A DNA stretch of 64,000 bases. Origin: Escherichia phage vB-Eco-KMB26. The notes below the pieces were generated by a model, which saw nothing but the letters and a program-made list of their open reading frames with translations, searched no databases and had not been told where the DNA came from. The DNA is taken from the sequence record OR539218.1; one strand, 5' to 3'. The position numbers and the translations under genes were made by a program. This document shows positions 10,676 through 21,730 of this stretch, in pieces (positions within the stretch are counted from its first letter, which is position 1; every line of letters starts with the position of its first letter).

Positions 10676-11422
10676 TTATCCTCGGATAAGTTTAAAAATT
10701 GAACAATTTAGCGGATATCCTCTTTTCAGTTTAAGTTTATCAATAAAAGACAAGTTTTGATACCGCTCTACACCTTGAATAATTTTATCACACATATCAT
10801 ATTGCATTTCTGCTTCTGACAACTTTTTCACAATTTTCCAATCCGAGCCTTTAAGAAGAACGTTCAATTTAACAACTTCAGCGCCTTCTGCTATGCGAGA
10901 ACCATCAATACGAGCTTTAAGTGCTATAATCCTTAGCTTAATGTCAGAGGTCTGTTTTGATTTAGAAAGCTGAGAAATGTGTTCAATTCGGTTTTCACGT
11001 TTTTTCTGTATAGCTTTAATTTGATTATAAGTCTTTTTGATTTTAGCCCATTTCTTTTCATCTAAATTTAGTTTATGAACTTTTTTCGCAGATGAACGAC
11101 CAATTCGCAAAGCAAATAAATCACGCTTTTCAATCAACTCTTCTAAAGTATAATCAGAACGAAATGTATTGTACTTTTTCTTTACTGCAATAACATTCCC
11201 TTTAATGTATCCAACGTTATTATCAAAACGTTCTAATGATAATTTCTCTCCTTCAATACGATTATCAAAAGGTTCTCCCGAGTAAGCACAAACTTTTTGA
11301 TCTAAAATGTTCTTAATGTAATTGAAGTCTAAGTTAAAATCTTTAGAACGTCTTTTTGCAGATGCCTGAGTATGCTCTAGACGACGTTTAATTTTACGAA
11401 TTTGGTTATTAGACAGCTTCAT
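10676..11422 (-). CDS. basic, lysine-rich protein (position of T4 srd)
   Basis: 248-aa ORF; assignment positional only. Confidence 0.5.
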   Translation of the reverse strand: MKLSNNQIRKIKRRLEHTQASAKRRSKDFNLDFNYIKNILDQKVCAYSGEPFDNRIEGEKLSLERFDNNVGYIKGNVIAVKKKYNTFRSDYTLEELIEKRDLFALRIGRSSAKKVHKLNLDEKKWAKIKKTYNQIKAIQKKRENRIEHISQLSKSKQTSDIKLRIIALKARIDGSRIAEGAEVVKLNVLLKGSDWKIVKKLSEAEMQYDMCDKIIQGVERYQNLSFIDKLKLKRGYPLNCSIFKLIRG

Positions 11423-11545
11423 ATTTTTCTCACATCTTACGGACGGTTAACTACTTATACTATAACATTTTTACCTTAACTTGTAAACAACTTTATGTAA
11501 AAATGCTTTAAAACTTTCATGGTATAATGAATCTAAGTCCTTCCA

Positions 11546-12148
11546 TTATAGATTAAATCCTTCAAAATCAAGAGTATAGATAGTGTATGTTGAACACTTT
11601 TTATACTCATATCTATCTGCAATTCTAAATACACTTCCAGCTGGTATCATTACTTCTTGTTCATCTGAAACTAATTCCATATTACGATAACGATGACTAT
11701 CCGGAAACTTAAAGTTTGGATTGTATTCTTTACAGCGTAGAGCTTTTATAGCATACTCCTGGAAATTGAATACCATAGGAGCTTTGAATTCAAAAATAAC
11801 TTGTGTGTTATACTCTAAACCGGAAGCAAAATGTAGAGCTATATTTTTATCATATGAAGCTGATACGACTTTATCAAATGTAATAATATCAATTCCTTGA
11901 TTTAACACCTGCTTAGTCTCAGCTGGAACACCTCTCCAAAGAGGTTTATCGTTTGGTTCCAAACGAGATTTGATTATTTCATTTAACCAAGTATGGTCAT
12001 CTGGTTTATTAGTAATACAATGAATTAAAAGTTCAATTTCAGATAAATTAAACCCTTCAGAAAGTAATTCTTCACGAATAGAAGCACGCACCGATGCATC
12101 CATTGATTTTATTTTAAAATCTTTTAGTTGCATTACTGAGTATTTCAT
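11546..12148 (-). CDS. modA: ADP-ribosyltransferase ModA-like
   Basis: 200 aa with R...S...EQE motif (SDEQEVMIP); size matches T4 ModA. Confidence 0.7.
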   Translation of the reverse strand: MKYSVMQLKDFKIKSMDASVRASIREELLSEGFNLSEIELLIHCITNKPDDHTWLNEIIKSRLEPNDKPLWRGVPAETKQVLNQGIDIITFDKVVSASYDKNIALHFASGLEYNTQVIFEFKAPMVFNFQEYAIKALRCKEYNPNFKFPDSHRYRNMELVSDEQEVMIPAGSVFRIADRYEYKKCSTYTIYTLDFEGFNL

Positions 12149-12768
12149 TCAACTACCTCAATATCATAAACTTTAAATGTTCCAAATGAATCGTGTAATT
12201 TTTCTTTTGAAATAGAAGTTATTCTATACTTTCCAATTGGAATCATCCATTCTTGTTCACGCACAATCATCATTAAGTTATCAGTACGCTCTGAATCTAG
12301 CCCATCAGTATCTTCATACGTGTACTTAAACTCAGTATTAGGAGAAGAAAGTATAATATCGCTGATATGGTCAGAATAATTAAAAGCTTTATCAGTTTTT
12401 AAGCGAAATATTATTTCAGTGAAATACTCAACATAAGAAAAACCACATGCTGTGTGCAAACTAGTAGTAAATGAATCTACCCTATTCGTTGAAAACACTT
12501 CTCCAACTTGTAAATCTTTAATGAGTTCTTTTGTCGATTTTGATATACCACGATATAACTGATAAGGTGATTTAGTTAAATGCTTTTTAACGATTTTATT
12601 CAACTGCCGATGAAGAGCTTCATTCTTTTTAGCTTCCATACATTGCCAAAGAATTGACTGCTCAAAGTCAGTAAATTTTTCACAGACTTTTTTATACATA
12701 TCATATTGAAAATCAACGCTTTCAGCTTTTATAGATAACTGTTCAACATCTGCAAGATTAATAATCAT
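12145..12768 (-). CDS. modB: ADP-ribosyltransferase ModB-like
   Basis: 207 aa, paralogous to ModA (REQEWMIP); 4-nt overlap with modA. Confidence 0.7.
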   Translation of the reverse strand: MIINLADVEQLSIKAESVDFQYDMYKKVCEKFTDFEQSILWQCMEAKKNEALHRQLNKIVKKHLTKSPYQLYRGISKSTKELIKDLQVGEVFSTNRVDSFTTSLHTACGFSYVEYFTEIIFRLKTDKAFNYSDHISDIILSSPNTEFKYTYEDTDGLDSERTDNLMMIVREQEWMIPIGKYRITSISKEKLHDSFGTFKVYDIEVVE

Positions 12769-12794
12769 GATAGCCTCCGTATACTTCAGAAGCT

Positions 12795-12824
12795 ATCATA
12801 TCATCATTAGAAAGGAAAGTAAAC
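12795..12824 (-). promoter_or_regulatory. T4-type early promoter (weaker -10)
   Basis: Minus strand GTTTAC, 17 bp, TATGAT, upstream of modB. Confidence 0.4.
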
Positions 12825-12835
12825 AACTTTTTGAA

Positions 12836-13018
12836 TTATTTTGCCCAGGGAGCCCAAGGCGGAGGGTCAAGATGGTATGAAGCTAGTTCTTCTAGAAGAG
12901 CATCTGGGGCTTCAATTCCATAATTCTGTAATACTATACGGTACTCTTTCTTATAATCACTAGAATCATTCTGGTTATTCGTAGAATGATTATCTTCTAA
13001 CATCTCAAATAAATCCAT
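12836..13018 (-). CDS. small acidic hypothetical protein
   Basis: 60-aa ORF. Confidence 0.4.
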   Translation of the reverse strand: MDLFEMLEDNHSTNNQNDSSDYKKEYRIVLQNYGIEAPDALLEELASYHLDPPPWAPWAK

Positions 13019-13026
13019 ATTAATTC

Positions 13027-13509
13027 CTAGCGATAAAAACCAAATTGACGATTAGCTTCAATAATCTTTCTTTCTTCTTCGGACATTCTCCAGCGTAGTC
13101 CAACATCAAAATGGGCCCAGACCATCTTAACAAATGCATTTATATCTTTAATATCTTCAATGATGAATGTTTTACTTTTAGAAGGTTGACCTGCTAAATT
13201 AAGTGCTAATTTAACTTTATCGTCTTCAAACAGGGCAAAAAGACCATATTCATGAGCTCTTTTATAGCCTTTAATAGTTAAAGCTTCAGAAGAAGAAAAC
13301 GGTGAATCAGTATTCTGTAAAATATCTTCAGTATGCTTTATAATTAGAATAACATTTTCTGGATATTTTCTTTCTTTTATATCTTTAATTAAAAAATCCG
13401 GATTTTCTGCTAAAGGAATAATTAATGAGCATTTTTTACCAAGAGTATTTACTGATTTACCTTCTTTAGACATGAATTCTACTGAATAATGTTTTGCTAC
13501 TTCAATCAT
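13027..13509 (-). CDS. hypothetical protein
   Basis: 160-aa ORF, no recognisable motif. Confidence 0.55.
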   Translation of the reverse strand: MIEVAKHYSVEFMSKEGKSVNTLGKKCSLIIPLAENPDFLIKDIKERKYPENVILIIKHTEDILQNTDSPFSSSEALTIKGYKRAHEYGLFALFEDDKVKLALNLAGQPSKSKTFIIEDIKDINAFVKMVWAHFDVGLRWRMSEEERKIIEANRQFGFYR

Positions 13510-13666
13510 GTGATTTCCTTTTGCCTACTAATGGACCATCGGGAATTTTGTTTTCCTGGATATATTTCTCATTTTCTTCCATCATTTTACTGCCAATTTT
13601 AAGAAGCAAATCCAGTGCTTCATTTGCTTTTGCTTTAGCCTCTTCTAACGTTATATCTTTGTTCAT
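13502..13666 (-). CDS. small hypothetical protein
   Basis: 54-aa ORF not in track ([21 protein letters not shown]...); ATGA overlap with upstream stop. Confidence 0.4.
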   Translation of the reverse strand: MNKDITLEEAKAKANEALDLLLKIGSKMMEENEKYIQENKIPDGPLVGKRKSHD

Positions 13667-13866
13667 GATTTATCACCATAGATGTCTCTCATCAATTTAA
13701 GCGCTGAGCGTTCTAATTTCTTTTCTTTCTCAGCACTAATCATTGATTTCATCCATTCTTCCGATTCGTTCTGCATTTCTTTATTTGCTTGTTCAACCCA
13801 ACCATCGTCAATATACATTGAGTTTGGTCTATTGAACCATTCAAGAATCTTCTTGGGAGCTTTCAT
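13663..13866 (-). CDS. small hypothetical protein
   Basis: 67-aa ORF. Confidence 0.5.
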   Translation of the reverse strand: MKAPKKILEWFNRPNSMYIDDGWVEQANKEMQNESEEWMKSMISAEKEKKLERSALKLMRDIYGDKS

Positions 13867-14338
13867 TTATTTTACCTAAAACAATAGTAGGAGCATCGTC
13901 AAATTTATGAATTTTTAGTAAATTTGGATTTAACTTATTCCATAAAGAGGTAATAAAATATGATAGCGCACTTTCGTCCGTAATTATAAATTTATTTCCT
14001 TTATCTATTTTCCAATCATATATTGAATCATATGAATAGAAGGATAACGGTTTATTATTATAATATGCTTCACTAACATCAATATAGTTAGATTTAGTAA
14101 ATGCTTGAATTGCCATAAATGGAGAATTTTGTACAGTTTCAATAATTCCGATCTTTTTAAGTTTTATTTCAACATCTTCTGGAATTGGCATTGAAATAAA
14201 ATCTTCTACTAGATACATGTTATTGTCATATCTTTTATCAATCATTACTGCTACGGTAATTGGAACATCCTTGACAAACGCCATACTAATACTATTGATA
14301 AACATTTCAAACAAAATTGCTTCCATAATTTTCCTCAA
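13841..14338 (-). CDS. hypothetical protein
   Basis: 165-aa ORF. Confidence 0.55.
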   Translation of the reverse strand: MRKIMEAILFEMFINSISMAFVKDVPITVAVMIDKRYDNNMYLVEDFISMPIPEDVEIKLKKIGIIETVQNSPFMAIQAFTKSNYIDVSEAYYNNKPLSFYSYDSIYDWKIDKGNKFIITDESALSYFITSLWNKLNPNLLKIHKFDDAPTIVLGKINESSQEDS

Positions 14339-14676
14339 TCACAAGATGTAGATGAACAACTAGAATCACAAGAACTTCCACATGAATCACCTGCCCATAC
14401 GTGAACAGGAACATTTGTATCATATGAATCAGAACTAGACTGTGTTTTCTGTGCATTAGATGATGTAGTAGGTGTTGACCAGCGCCAAGGATTTTTATAA
14501 TATTCTTGGGCTTCTTCATAAGTCATAGTAACTGCTTCTACTGTTCCATCTCCCATATAAACATATTCAACTACAGTTAAAGGAAGGTAGTCATTTGAAA
14601 TAGGAACTACACCTTCTCCGGGAGTTGTAGAGAAAAAATCCGTAAAGAAACTTTTAAACCAATTAAAGATAAACAT
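14335..14676 (-). CDS. hypothetical protein with Cys/Ser-rich C-terminal tail
   Basis: 113 aa ending [18 protein letters not shown]. Confidence 0.55.
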   Translation of the reverse strand: MFIFNWFKSFFTDFFSTTPGEGVVPISNDYLPLTVVEYVYMGDGTVEAVTMTYEEAQEYYKNPWRWSTPTTSSNAQKTQSSSDSYDTNVPVHVWAGDSCGSSCDSSCSSTSCD

Positions 14677-14882
14677 TACAAAAAGCCTCTTTTGAATTCA
14701 ACTTGCTTCTCGCCATAATCATATCGAATCTCTGCATTAAATTCAACAGAACCATCTGCGTACATCATAAATGAATGCACAACAACTTCTGTAGACCATG
14801 GCTGTAGTTCATATTTCTTCATTACATGCCGTGAAATGATAATATCTAAATCTTCATTCGGTTTAATCCAACGATTTAACAT
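14676..14882 (-). CDS. small hypothetical protein
   Basis: 68-aa ORF downstream of an early promoter. Confidence 0.5.
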   Translation of the reverse strand: MLNRWIKPNEDLDIIISRHVMKKYELQPWSTEVVVHSFMMYADGSVEFNAEIRYDYGEKQVEFKRGFL

Positions 14883-14908
14883 AGCGCTCTCCTCTATAAG
14901 ATAATTCT

Positions 14909-14938
14909 ATTATACCATACTCATTTTGGAAAGTAAAC
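14909..14938 (-). promoter_or_regulatory. T4-type early promoter
   Basis: Minus strand GTTTAC, 17 bp, TATAAT. Confidence 0.6.
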
Positions 14939-14954
14939 CATTTAAATGAAAAAA

Positions 14955-14972
14955 GGACTCCCGAAGGAGTCC
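14955..14972 (-). terminator. UUCG-tetraloop hairpin 3' of soc
   Basis: ggactcc-cgaa-ggagtcc, 7-bp stem, directly after the soc stop. Confidence 0.6.
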
Positions 14973-14980
14973 TTGAATTA

Positions 14981-15226
14981 TTAACCACCAGTTACTTTCC
15001 ACAAATCTTCGTTTGCAGCAATCCATTCAGTACGCTGATTTTCTTCATATACAGTAGTATATGCTGCTTTTTCTGAAGGGAACGTCTGGTAATGAGCACC
15101 AGAAATTTTGTGAACGTCAGAATAAAGAGGGAAAGCTACTGAAATTTCCTTTCCTTCAATTTTCTTATTTCCATCTAATTTCTGCTCAAATGTTTTGATA
15201 TTAACATAACCGCGAGTACTAGCCAT
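14981..15226 (-). CDS. soc: small outer capsid protein Soc
   Basis: 81 aa matching recalled T4 Soc; late promoter upstream and hairpin downstream. Confidence 0.85.
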   Translation of the reverse strand: MASTRGYVNIKTFEQKLDGNKKIEGKEISVAFPLYSDVHKISGAHYQTFPSEKAAYTTVYEENQRTEWIAANEDLWKVTGG

Positions 15227-15256
15227 GTAATTCTCCTTTTATTTAAATTACATGAT

Positions 15257-15264
15257 TATTTATA
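15257..15264 (-). promoter_or_regulatory. T4 late promoter (TATAAATA)
   Basis: Exact TATAAATA on the minus strand about 30 nt upstream of the soc ATG. Confidence 0.6.
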
Positions 15265-15294
15265 ATAAATTCTCGCGGCTTTTAAGACGAGCTG

Positions 15295-15813
15295 TTAATA
15301 ACCTCGGTCTTGACGAGCGAAATTTTCAGCATTTTTCAGATAATAAAGTTTAAAGATTTCTTCAGCCGTAAGACCGAGGCCTTGGAACATGTTCAGAACG
15401 AAATGAAGAATATCAATCATTTCGAATTTAATTTCCAACTGGTCTTGTGGAGACAAATCAGTAATCAGAGTTTCACGTCGTTCACCATGTTGAGCTTTCC
15501 AAGGCTTCCATACAGCAGATGCATCTTTTTCACCATTGCTCATACCACCAAGAGAAGTCAGAAGTTCGCGGAATTCATCATCAATATAATCTTTCTGATT
15601 ACGCAGCCAATCAACAACTTCACCTGCAGTAGCCAAATCATCAGGATGACGGTTATATTCAGGTTTATCTTTAGCTAAACGAATCTGCAGAGATTTCTGC
15701 ATGTCAAGCATTACCTGCAGCGGGTCTTTTTCATCACCGAGAATATCCCAATATTCATTTTGAGCTTTATCAGCGCCTTCGATCAGTTGACTACATTCGT
15801 TAAAGTAAGCCAT
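15295..15813 (-). CDS. 56: dCTPase/dCTP pyrophosphatase gp56
   Basis: Track ORF trimmed to the ATG after AAGGA; protein begins MAYFNE as recalled for T4 gp56. Confidence 0.85.
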   Translation of the reverse strand: MAYFNECSQLIEGADKAQNEYWDILGDEKDPLQVMLDMQKSLQIRLAKDKPEYNRHPDDLATAGEVVDWLRNQKDYIDDEFRELLTSLGGMSNGEKDASAVWKPWKAQHGERRETLITDLSPQDQLEIKFEMIDILHFVLNMFQGLGLTAEEIFKLYYLKNAENFARQDRGY

Positions 15814-15873
15814 TATTTTTCCTTTCAATTCATCAATAAGTTAAATAATTATATCATTTGAGTATGTAAGCAA

Positions 15874-17213
<1,340 letters not shown>

Positions 17214-17237
17214 TATATCATCCTCAGCAATTTATTT

Positions 17238-17267
17238 TATAATACCATAACAAGCTGAGAAAGTAAA
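17238..17267 (-). promoter_or_regulatory. T4-type early promoter
   Basis: Minus strand GTTTAC, 17 bp, TATTAT, upstream of the nuclease-like ORF and dam. Confidence 0.55.
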
Positions 17268-17312
17268 CAAATTTATGAAATTTGTGATAAATATTAATTT
17301 AAAGGAGGACAT

Positions 17313-17513
17313 ATGGCACAAAAATTAATGGCACTTGTTAATGCCATAAAAGGTAATAAAAAACGTATAGCTTTTACTATTTCTGCTATGGTAGGAATTT
17401 TACTCTGGAACTTTATTTTATCACCAATTGCAATTGCGCATGGTGTTAATATTCCAGTAGTTACTCTTGATACATTCGTAGATCTAGCATTTGCTTTAGT
17501 TGGGTTAATTTAA
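17313..17513 (+). CDS. small two-helix membrane protein (only convincing plus-strand gene)
   Basis: 66 aa, two hydrophobic segments, canonical AAAGGAGGA Shine-Dalgarno 4 nt before the ATG; convergent with gene 61. Confidence 0.5.
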   Translation: MAQKLMALVNAIKGNKKRIAFTISAMVGILLWNFILSPIAIAHGVNIPVVTLDTFVDLAFALVGLI

Positions 17514-18538
17514 ATCTTGGCATATTTAGATAACCGCATTTTAGCCATTAACCCCTGGGCAATATTATTTTTCATATATTCCATAATTTGTTCAGGGGTT
17601 GCACCTTCCTTTCTAATCATATCATTAACATCTTTTGATTTCCAGGGAGATTTATCCCAAAACATAACCCTTTCTCCTGCATCAACTAATTTAGTCATTC
17701 GCTTGATAGTGTCAGGGTGACGAGGCTCATTATCTAAAACCCACACTCGTCTATCTTTAAATGGAACAACTTCTAGGTCTAATTGACCACCCGTAATAGC
17801 TATACCATTTTCAATAAAAAGTGAATCTATAGGTCCTTCTAGAACATATACATCACCATCTTTAACTCGTTCGACTCCATATATTTTTGTTGCCTCAGGA
17901 TAAGCTTTGATGGTGATATATTTTTGAGGAGCATCTTTCTTTAATGCACGTCCTTGAAAAGACTCAGCTTTTCCATTAGCATTATAAATTGGAATAACAA
18001 GACGAGGCTCAGAAATTTCCTTTTTGTATGTTCCCGGTGCTATGCTATTAACTAATTTAGGCCATTCGGTTGTAAACCAAAGATATTTCCATTTATCCTT
18101 TGGAATACAACGAGCTTTTACATATTTTATAATTGGATGGTCTTCCGCCAGTTTATCTAATCTAACACATGACGGAAGAGATTTAATTATTTTCTTCTCA
18201 GGATGTTTAGGAAGTTCTTTAGGTTTTTCTACTGGACGACTTTTACCTTTTTCTTTTCTTATTTCAAAGATATACTCACGATATAAATCAGGTTCAAACT
18301 CCTTTAAATATATTCCGATTGGCGCATGATAGTTACAGTTATAACAATGAATATTTCCTTCATTATTATCACCATAATACCATCCACGCGCTTTATTTTG
18401 GTCGGTTTTTGAATCTCCACAAACTGGGCATCTAAACCGTAATTTAAAAGTTGAACTATTATTTACTTGTGTGAATTTAGGTAAATGAGCTAATGCACGA
18501 TATGCAAACTCATTATCAATCCAAGCTATTGATGACAT
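17510..18538 (-). CDS. 61: DNA primase gp61
   Basis: 342 aa, N-terminal zinc ribbon (CPVCGDS...CYNC) and TOPRIM region; size matches T4 gp61. Confidence 0.9.
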   Translation of the reverse strand: MSSIAWIDNEFAYRALAHLPKFTQVNNSSTFKLRFRCPVCGDSKTDQNKARGWYYGDNNEGNIHCYNCNYHAPIGIYLKEFEPDLYREYIFEIRKEKGKSRPVEKPKELPKHPEKKIIKSLPSCVRLDKLAEDHPIIKYVKARCIPKDKWKYLWFTTEWPKLVNSIAPGTYKKEISEPRLVIPIYNANGKAESFQGRALKKDAPQKYITIKAYPEATKIYGVERVKDGDVYVLEGPIDSLFIENGIAITGGQLDLEVVPFKDRRVWVLDNEPRHPDTIKRMTKLVDAGERVMFWDKSPWKSKDVNDMIRKEGATPEQIMEYMKNNIAQGLMAKMRLSKYAKI

Positions 18539-18541
18539 TCT

Positions 18542-18706
18542 TTACTCTTCTTTTTCTTTAGATTCCTCTTTTTTCTTTTTAGGAATCTGTTCAGGACCTT
18601 TATTTACTACAGCACCTGATGTTGTTCCAGTAGAGATATTTTCAGGATTACCACCTGAATCTCCAGCAACCATATCTTCTTTAATAAATTCTTTATATGT
18701 TTTCAT
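18542..18706 (-). CDS. small Lys/Glu-rich protein (61.1 position)
   Basis: 54-aa ORF not in track (MKTYKEFIKEDMVAGDSGGNPEN...KKKKEESKEKEE). Confidence 0.4.
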   Translation of the reverse strand: MKTYKEFIKEDMVAGDSGGNPENISTGTTSGAVVNKGPEQIPKKKKEESKEKEE

Positions 18707-18707
18707 A

Positions 18708-19064
18708 TTAACCTCTATTCATAAAAGCATTAAAAATTTGGTCATCAATAGATGGAATAGCAACCTTTTCGGCATCATTTAGCAAATCATTAATTTCATC
18801 AGATAGCATAACACATGTGCCTTTATTTCCTGTAATTGTTACTGCACAATTACGAACGTTTTCTTTATTAAATTTTAGGTTAATATTTTCGTAATGAAAA
18901 TCCTTTAATGCTGAATATATTTTTAAAATAAAATTGTCTTTTACTACAATAAACCCAACCTCACTATTAAAACGTGGTTCATGGAAACTGTAATAAACCT
19001 TTTCATCTATAAAATCGTATGAAATTTTTTCCATTTTTAAATATGAAAATTCAGAACTATACAT
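18708..19064 (-). CDS. hypothetical protein (61.2 position)
   Basis: 118-aa ORF. Confidence 0.55.
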   Translation of the reverse strand: MYSSEFSYLKMEKISYDFIDEKVYYSFHEPRFNSEVGFIVVKDNFILKIYSALKDFHYENINLKFNKENVRNCAVTITGNKGTCVMLSDEINDLLNDAEKVAIPSIDDQIFNAFMNRG

Positions 19065-19076
19065 ACTAACCTCTAA

Positions 19077-19370
19077 TTACTCACCTACCACTTCAGCGAT
19101 GATATTTTTATTATTAAAGTTTTTATCGCAATACAGAACATAATTATACTGCATTACACCACCAGATTTAAGTTGTTTTTGCACTTCAGCTTTCATTTCA
19201 GGACGATCACGTTCAACGATATTCATAATATCCGCTTCAATTTGAATTTCAACTTCAGTCTGATCTGCAGTCATAGACCATTCGCACAAATCTTTGTCAT
19301 AACCCGCCATAGCAGGCTGAGCAGCGCAAGAAGATAAAGCAAAAATTGCAGCAAAGATAAATTTTTTCAT
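19077..19370 (-). CDS. sp: Spackle-like periplasmic protein
   Basis: 97 aa with a 22-aa signal peptide (MKKFIFAAIFALSSCAAQPAMA); size and sequence match recalled T4 Sp. Confidence 0.7.
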   Translation of the reverse strand: MKKFIFAAIFALSSCAAQPAMAGYDKDLCEWSMTADQTEVEIQIEADIMNIVERDRPEMKAEVQKQLKSGGVMQYNYVLYCDKNFNNKNIIAEVVGE

Positions 19371-19398
19371 GATAATCTCCTCAGTAGTTTATGTTTAT

Positions 19399-19428
19399 AT
19401 AGTATCTCAATTTCCAATAAAAGTAAAC
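19399..19428 (-). promoter_or_regulatory. T4-type early promoter
   Basis: Minus strand GTTTAC, 17 bp, TACTAT, upstream of sp. Confidence 0.55.
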
Positions 19429-19430
19429 AG

Positions 19431-19730
19431 TTATTTTAAAACTTCTGCATAATCACATGTTACAAACTGTTTCTCTAACTTGGCGATTTTACGAAAGTAT
19501 CTTTTGCATTGACGAATCTGTCGCTTTGTAGGGCGCACAGCAAACTTAATAAATTCCACTCGACCAAATGGAGGGCTTTCTTCTGCCGGAATATCTAATA
19601 CTAATTCCCACGTATCTGCAATAAGTGCTTTGAATTGAGTATTTTTCCTGACATTATACGGAGTAGGTTTAAATAAAACGATATGCATATTATCCTCGGC
19701 AATCCACTTCACATACCTTCTTGTCATCAA
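19431..19730 (-). CDS. hypothetical protein (61.4 position)
   Basis: 99-aa basic ORF. Confidence 0.5.
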   Translation of the reverse strand: MMTRRYVKWIAEDNMHIVLFKPTPYNVRKNTQFKALIADTWELVLDIPAEESPPFGRVEFIKFAVRPTKRQIRQCKRYFRKIAKLEKQFVTCDYAEVLK

Positions 19731-19872
19731 TGAAAGCTTTAACTAGTGCTTTATTAACTTCAGCATATTGAGTAGTAGCCCATTGAACGTCATCTTTCAT
19801 CATTGTGATCTCTTTAGTAAACATGCTTTCGTTCTTAAACCACCCCATAAAAACTACCTTTACCAATTCCAT
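19690..19872 (-). CDS. Dmd-like small protein (61.5 position)
   Basis: 60 aa, the size recalled for T4 Dmd; early promoter directly upstream. Confidence 0.45.
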   Translation of the reverse strand: MELVKVVFMGWFKNESMFTKEITMMKDDVQWATTQYAEVNKALVKAFIDDKKVCEVDCRG

Positions 19873-19901
19873 AACAATCTCCTCATTTAACCAACAAGAC
19901 T

Positions 19902-19931
19902 ACTATACCATAGTCTTGTCAGCTTGTAAAC
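19902..19931 (-). promoter_or_regulatory. T4-type early promoter with 9-bp inverted repeat in spacer
   Basis: Minus strand GTTTAC, 17 bp, TATAGT; caagactat/atagtcttg inverted repeat. Confidence 0.55.
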
Positions 19932-21358
19932 TAAAATTTTAATTCATTTGCCAAAGCATCTAACTGAGCTCGAGCGGATTCGTTTCTTTGATAGCGATTC
20001 TGTTCAGCCTGAATTTGCTGTGAACCTGCTACTTCGTTCACTTCAGTTGGAGTAGAATCTTGTTCAATTTCTACCCATTTCTGATTTCCTTTTTGAACAC
20101 CCATCAAAAACTTATTCCATTTATTCTTATCACCGTATCGTGATTTGATTTGCTTAATGAGTTGTTGTTCAGCAGCTGCTAGCTCCTCGGTTTCAATGAC
20201 CGCAAGCATAAAATCAGCTGTTGCTGGAAGACCGGCAGATTCTGCAATATCGCTCATGTTAACATCAGAAGAATCCCAAGCTTGTTTACCAACCTGTGCT
20301 GCAGTCCAAAGAACAGTTTCGGTTTCAACAGCAAGAGCACGTAATTCCTCTGCAATGGCTTTAACAGTTGTGTAACTATTTTCTGAGTAAACTCTAATGC
20401 GGCAAGATTTACAAATACCCAGATAGTCGACAATAATGATTGTTGGAACAAAATTCTTCTTGAGCTTTAATTCGTTTAAAAGCGATCGAAATGTATTAGC
20501 ATCTGCTCCACCAGTAGGATACTGTTTAACTATTAAACGACCGAGAGTAGATTTCTCGCGCCATTTTTCCATTTTTCCTTTATACTCAGCGTAAGAAATA
20601 TGCCCGTCATCAATGTCATCAAGAGAAACATCAAGCATATTAGCATCAATACGCTTAGCACAGACTTCTTCTGCCATTTCCATGGAAATGTAAAGAACAT
20701 TATGTCCGAGCTGCAAATAATCTGCTGCCAATGAACACAGACCTAATGACTTACCGACGTTAACACCAGCCATTAAAACGTTCAGTGTTCCAGTTTCAGC
20801 TCCACCTTTAGTAATTTTATTTAGAATTTTGAGTCTAAATGGAACCTTACGAGCTTTATTCATATAAGATAGCCAACGTGCTTCGTAGTCATCCATCCAA
20901 TCATGACCAACGTAACTATCAAATGAAATTGATAATGCTTGGCGCATGATGTCAGGAATAGCACCTACATCTGGCATTTTCTTATTTCGTTTTTCCGGAG
21001 GAAGCTCAGCATTAGTTTGAATTTCGATTATTTTAGACGTAGCATTAAACATCGCCCTTTGCTGAACATATTTTTCTGTTTCTTTTATTAACCAACTGTG
21101 GTCTTCCGGAGAATCAGCCAGTTTTGAAATAAGTGTTTTTACACCAGAATATTCTGTTTCAGTAAATGAACTATTTTCTAATGCAACATTTAACGCATTA
21201 ATAGATGGAACGCTATGATACTCATTAACATGAGATTTAATTAATTTGAATGTATTTTTAGCTGGACCACTTTCAAAATATTCTGAATCCATATATGGCC
21301 AAACTTTTGAAAAATAAGCTTGATCAAATATGAGATGAGAAAGAATAATTTCTACCAC
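19931..21358 (-). CDS. 41: replicative DNA helicase gp41 (DnaB family)
   Basis: 475 aa, Walker A GVNVGKS; size matches T4 gp41. Confidence 0.9.
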   Translation of the reverse strand: MVEIILSHLIFDQAYFSKVWPYMDSEYFESGPAKNTFKLIKSHVNEYHSVPSINALNVALENSSFTETEYSGVKTLISKLADSPEDHSWLIKETEKYVQQRAMFNATSKIIEIQTNAELPPEKRNKKMPDVGAIPDIMRQALSISFDSYVGHDWMDDYEARWLSYMNKARKVPFRLKILNKITKGGAETGTLNVLMAGVNVGKSLGLCSLAADYLQLGHNVLYISMEMAEEVCAKRIDANMLDVSLDDIDDGHISYAEYKGKMEKWREKSTLGRLIVKQYPTGGADANTFRSLLNELKLKKNFVPTIIIVDYLGICKSCRIRVYSENSYTTVKAIAEELRALAVETETVLWTAAQVGKQAWDSSDVNMSDIAESAGLPATADFMLAVIETEELAAAEQQLIKQIKSRYGDKNKWNKFLMGVQKGNQKWVEIEQDSTPTEVNEVAGSQQIQAEQNRYQRNESARAQLDALANELKF

Positions 21359-21367
21359 ACTTACTCC

Positions 21368-21730
21368 TTAAAAGAATTTAAACTTTTTCTTTGACCTTTT
21401 ATTGAATGCATCTTGCAGTTGCATTGTAATACATTTTTCTACATGAGGAGCTAACTCAGCTTTTCTTTCTTGATCAAGAACAGCAAAGTCCATTACAACC
21501 TTTCCATCAACCCAATCCAGTTTAGTTACATACACTATATGTGTAGAACCATCTTCTAGTTTAATGACAATCTCCTGGATAACATTTTCCATAGCGGATT
21601 TAATTATCTTAAGAGACTCATTAAAAAGACGTTCTTTTCTTTCTTCTTCCCCCTCCGAAGAGGGGGATTCATCGATAATTTCTAGATCTAAATCTAAATC
21701 ATCTTTATTCATTAAATTCTTCCATATCAC
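21368..21730 (-). CDS. 40: gp40-position protein
   Basis: 120-aa ORF between 41 and uvsX; positional. Confidence 0.55.
   Translation of the reverse strand: MIWKNLMNKDDLDLDLEIIDESPSSEGEEERKERLFNESLKIIKSAMENVIQEIVIKLEDGSTHIVYVTKLDWVDGKVVMDFAVLDQERKAELAPHVEKCITMQLQDAFNKRSKKKFKFF

Noticed and set aside
10676-11422. Possible HNH homing endonuclease in the 248-aa basic protein
   Set aside because: The segment CAYSGEPFD...LSLERFDNNVGY looks superficially HNH-like but lacks the conserved histidines, so I did not call a mobile element.
17214-17312. Plus-strand promoter for the 66-aa membrane ORF
   Set aside because: A TATAAT occurs on the + strand near 17239-17244, but that sequence is the reverse complement of the -10 of the minus-strand early promoter, and no convincing -35 or exact late TATAAATA accompanies it; the ORF is called but its promoter is left unassigned.
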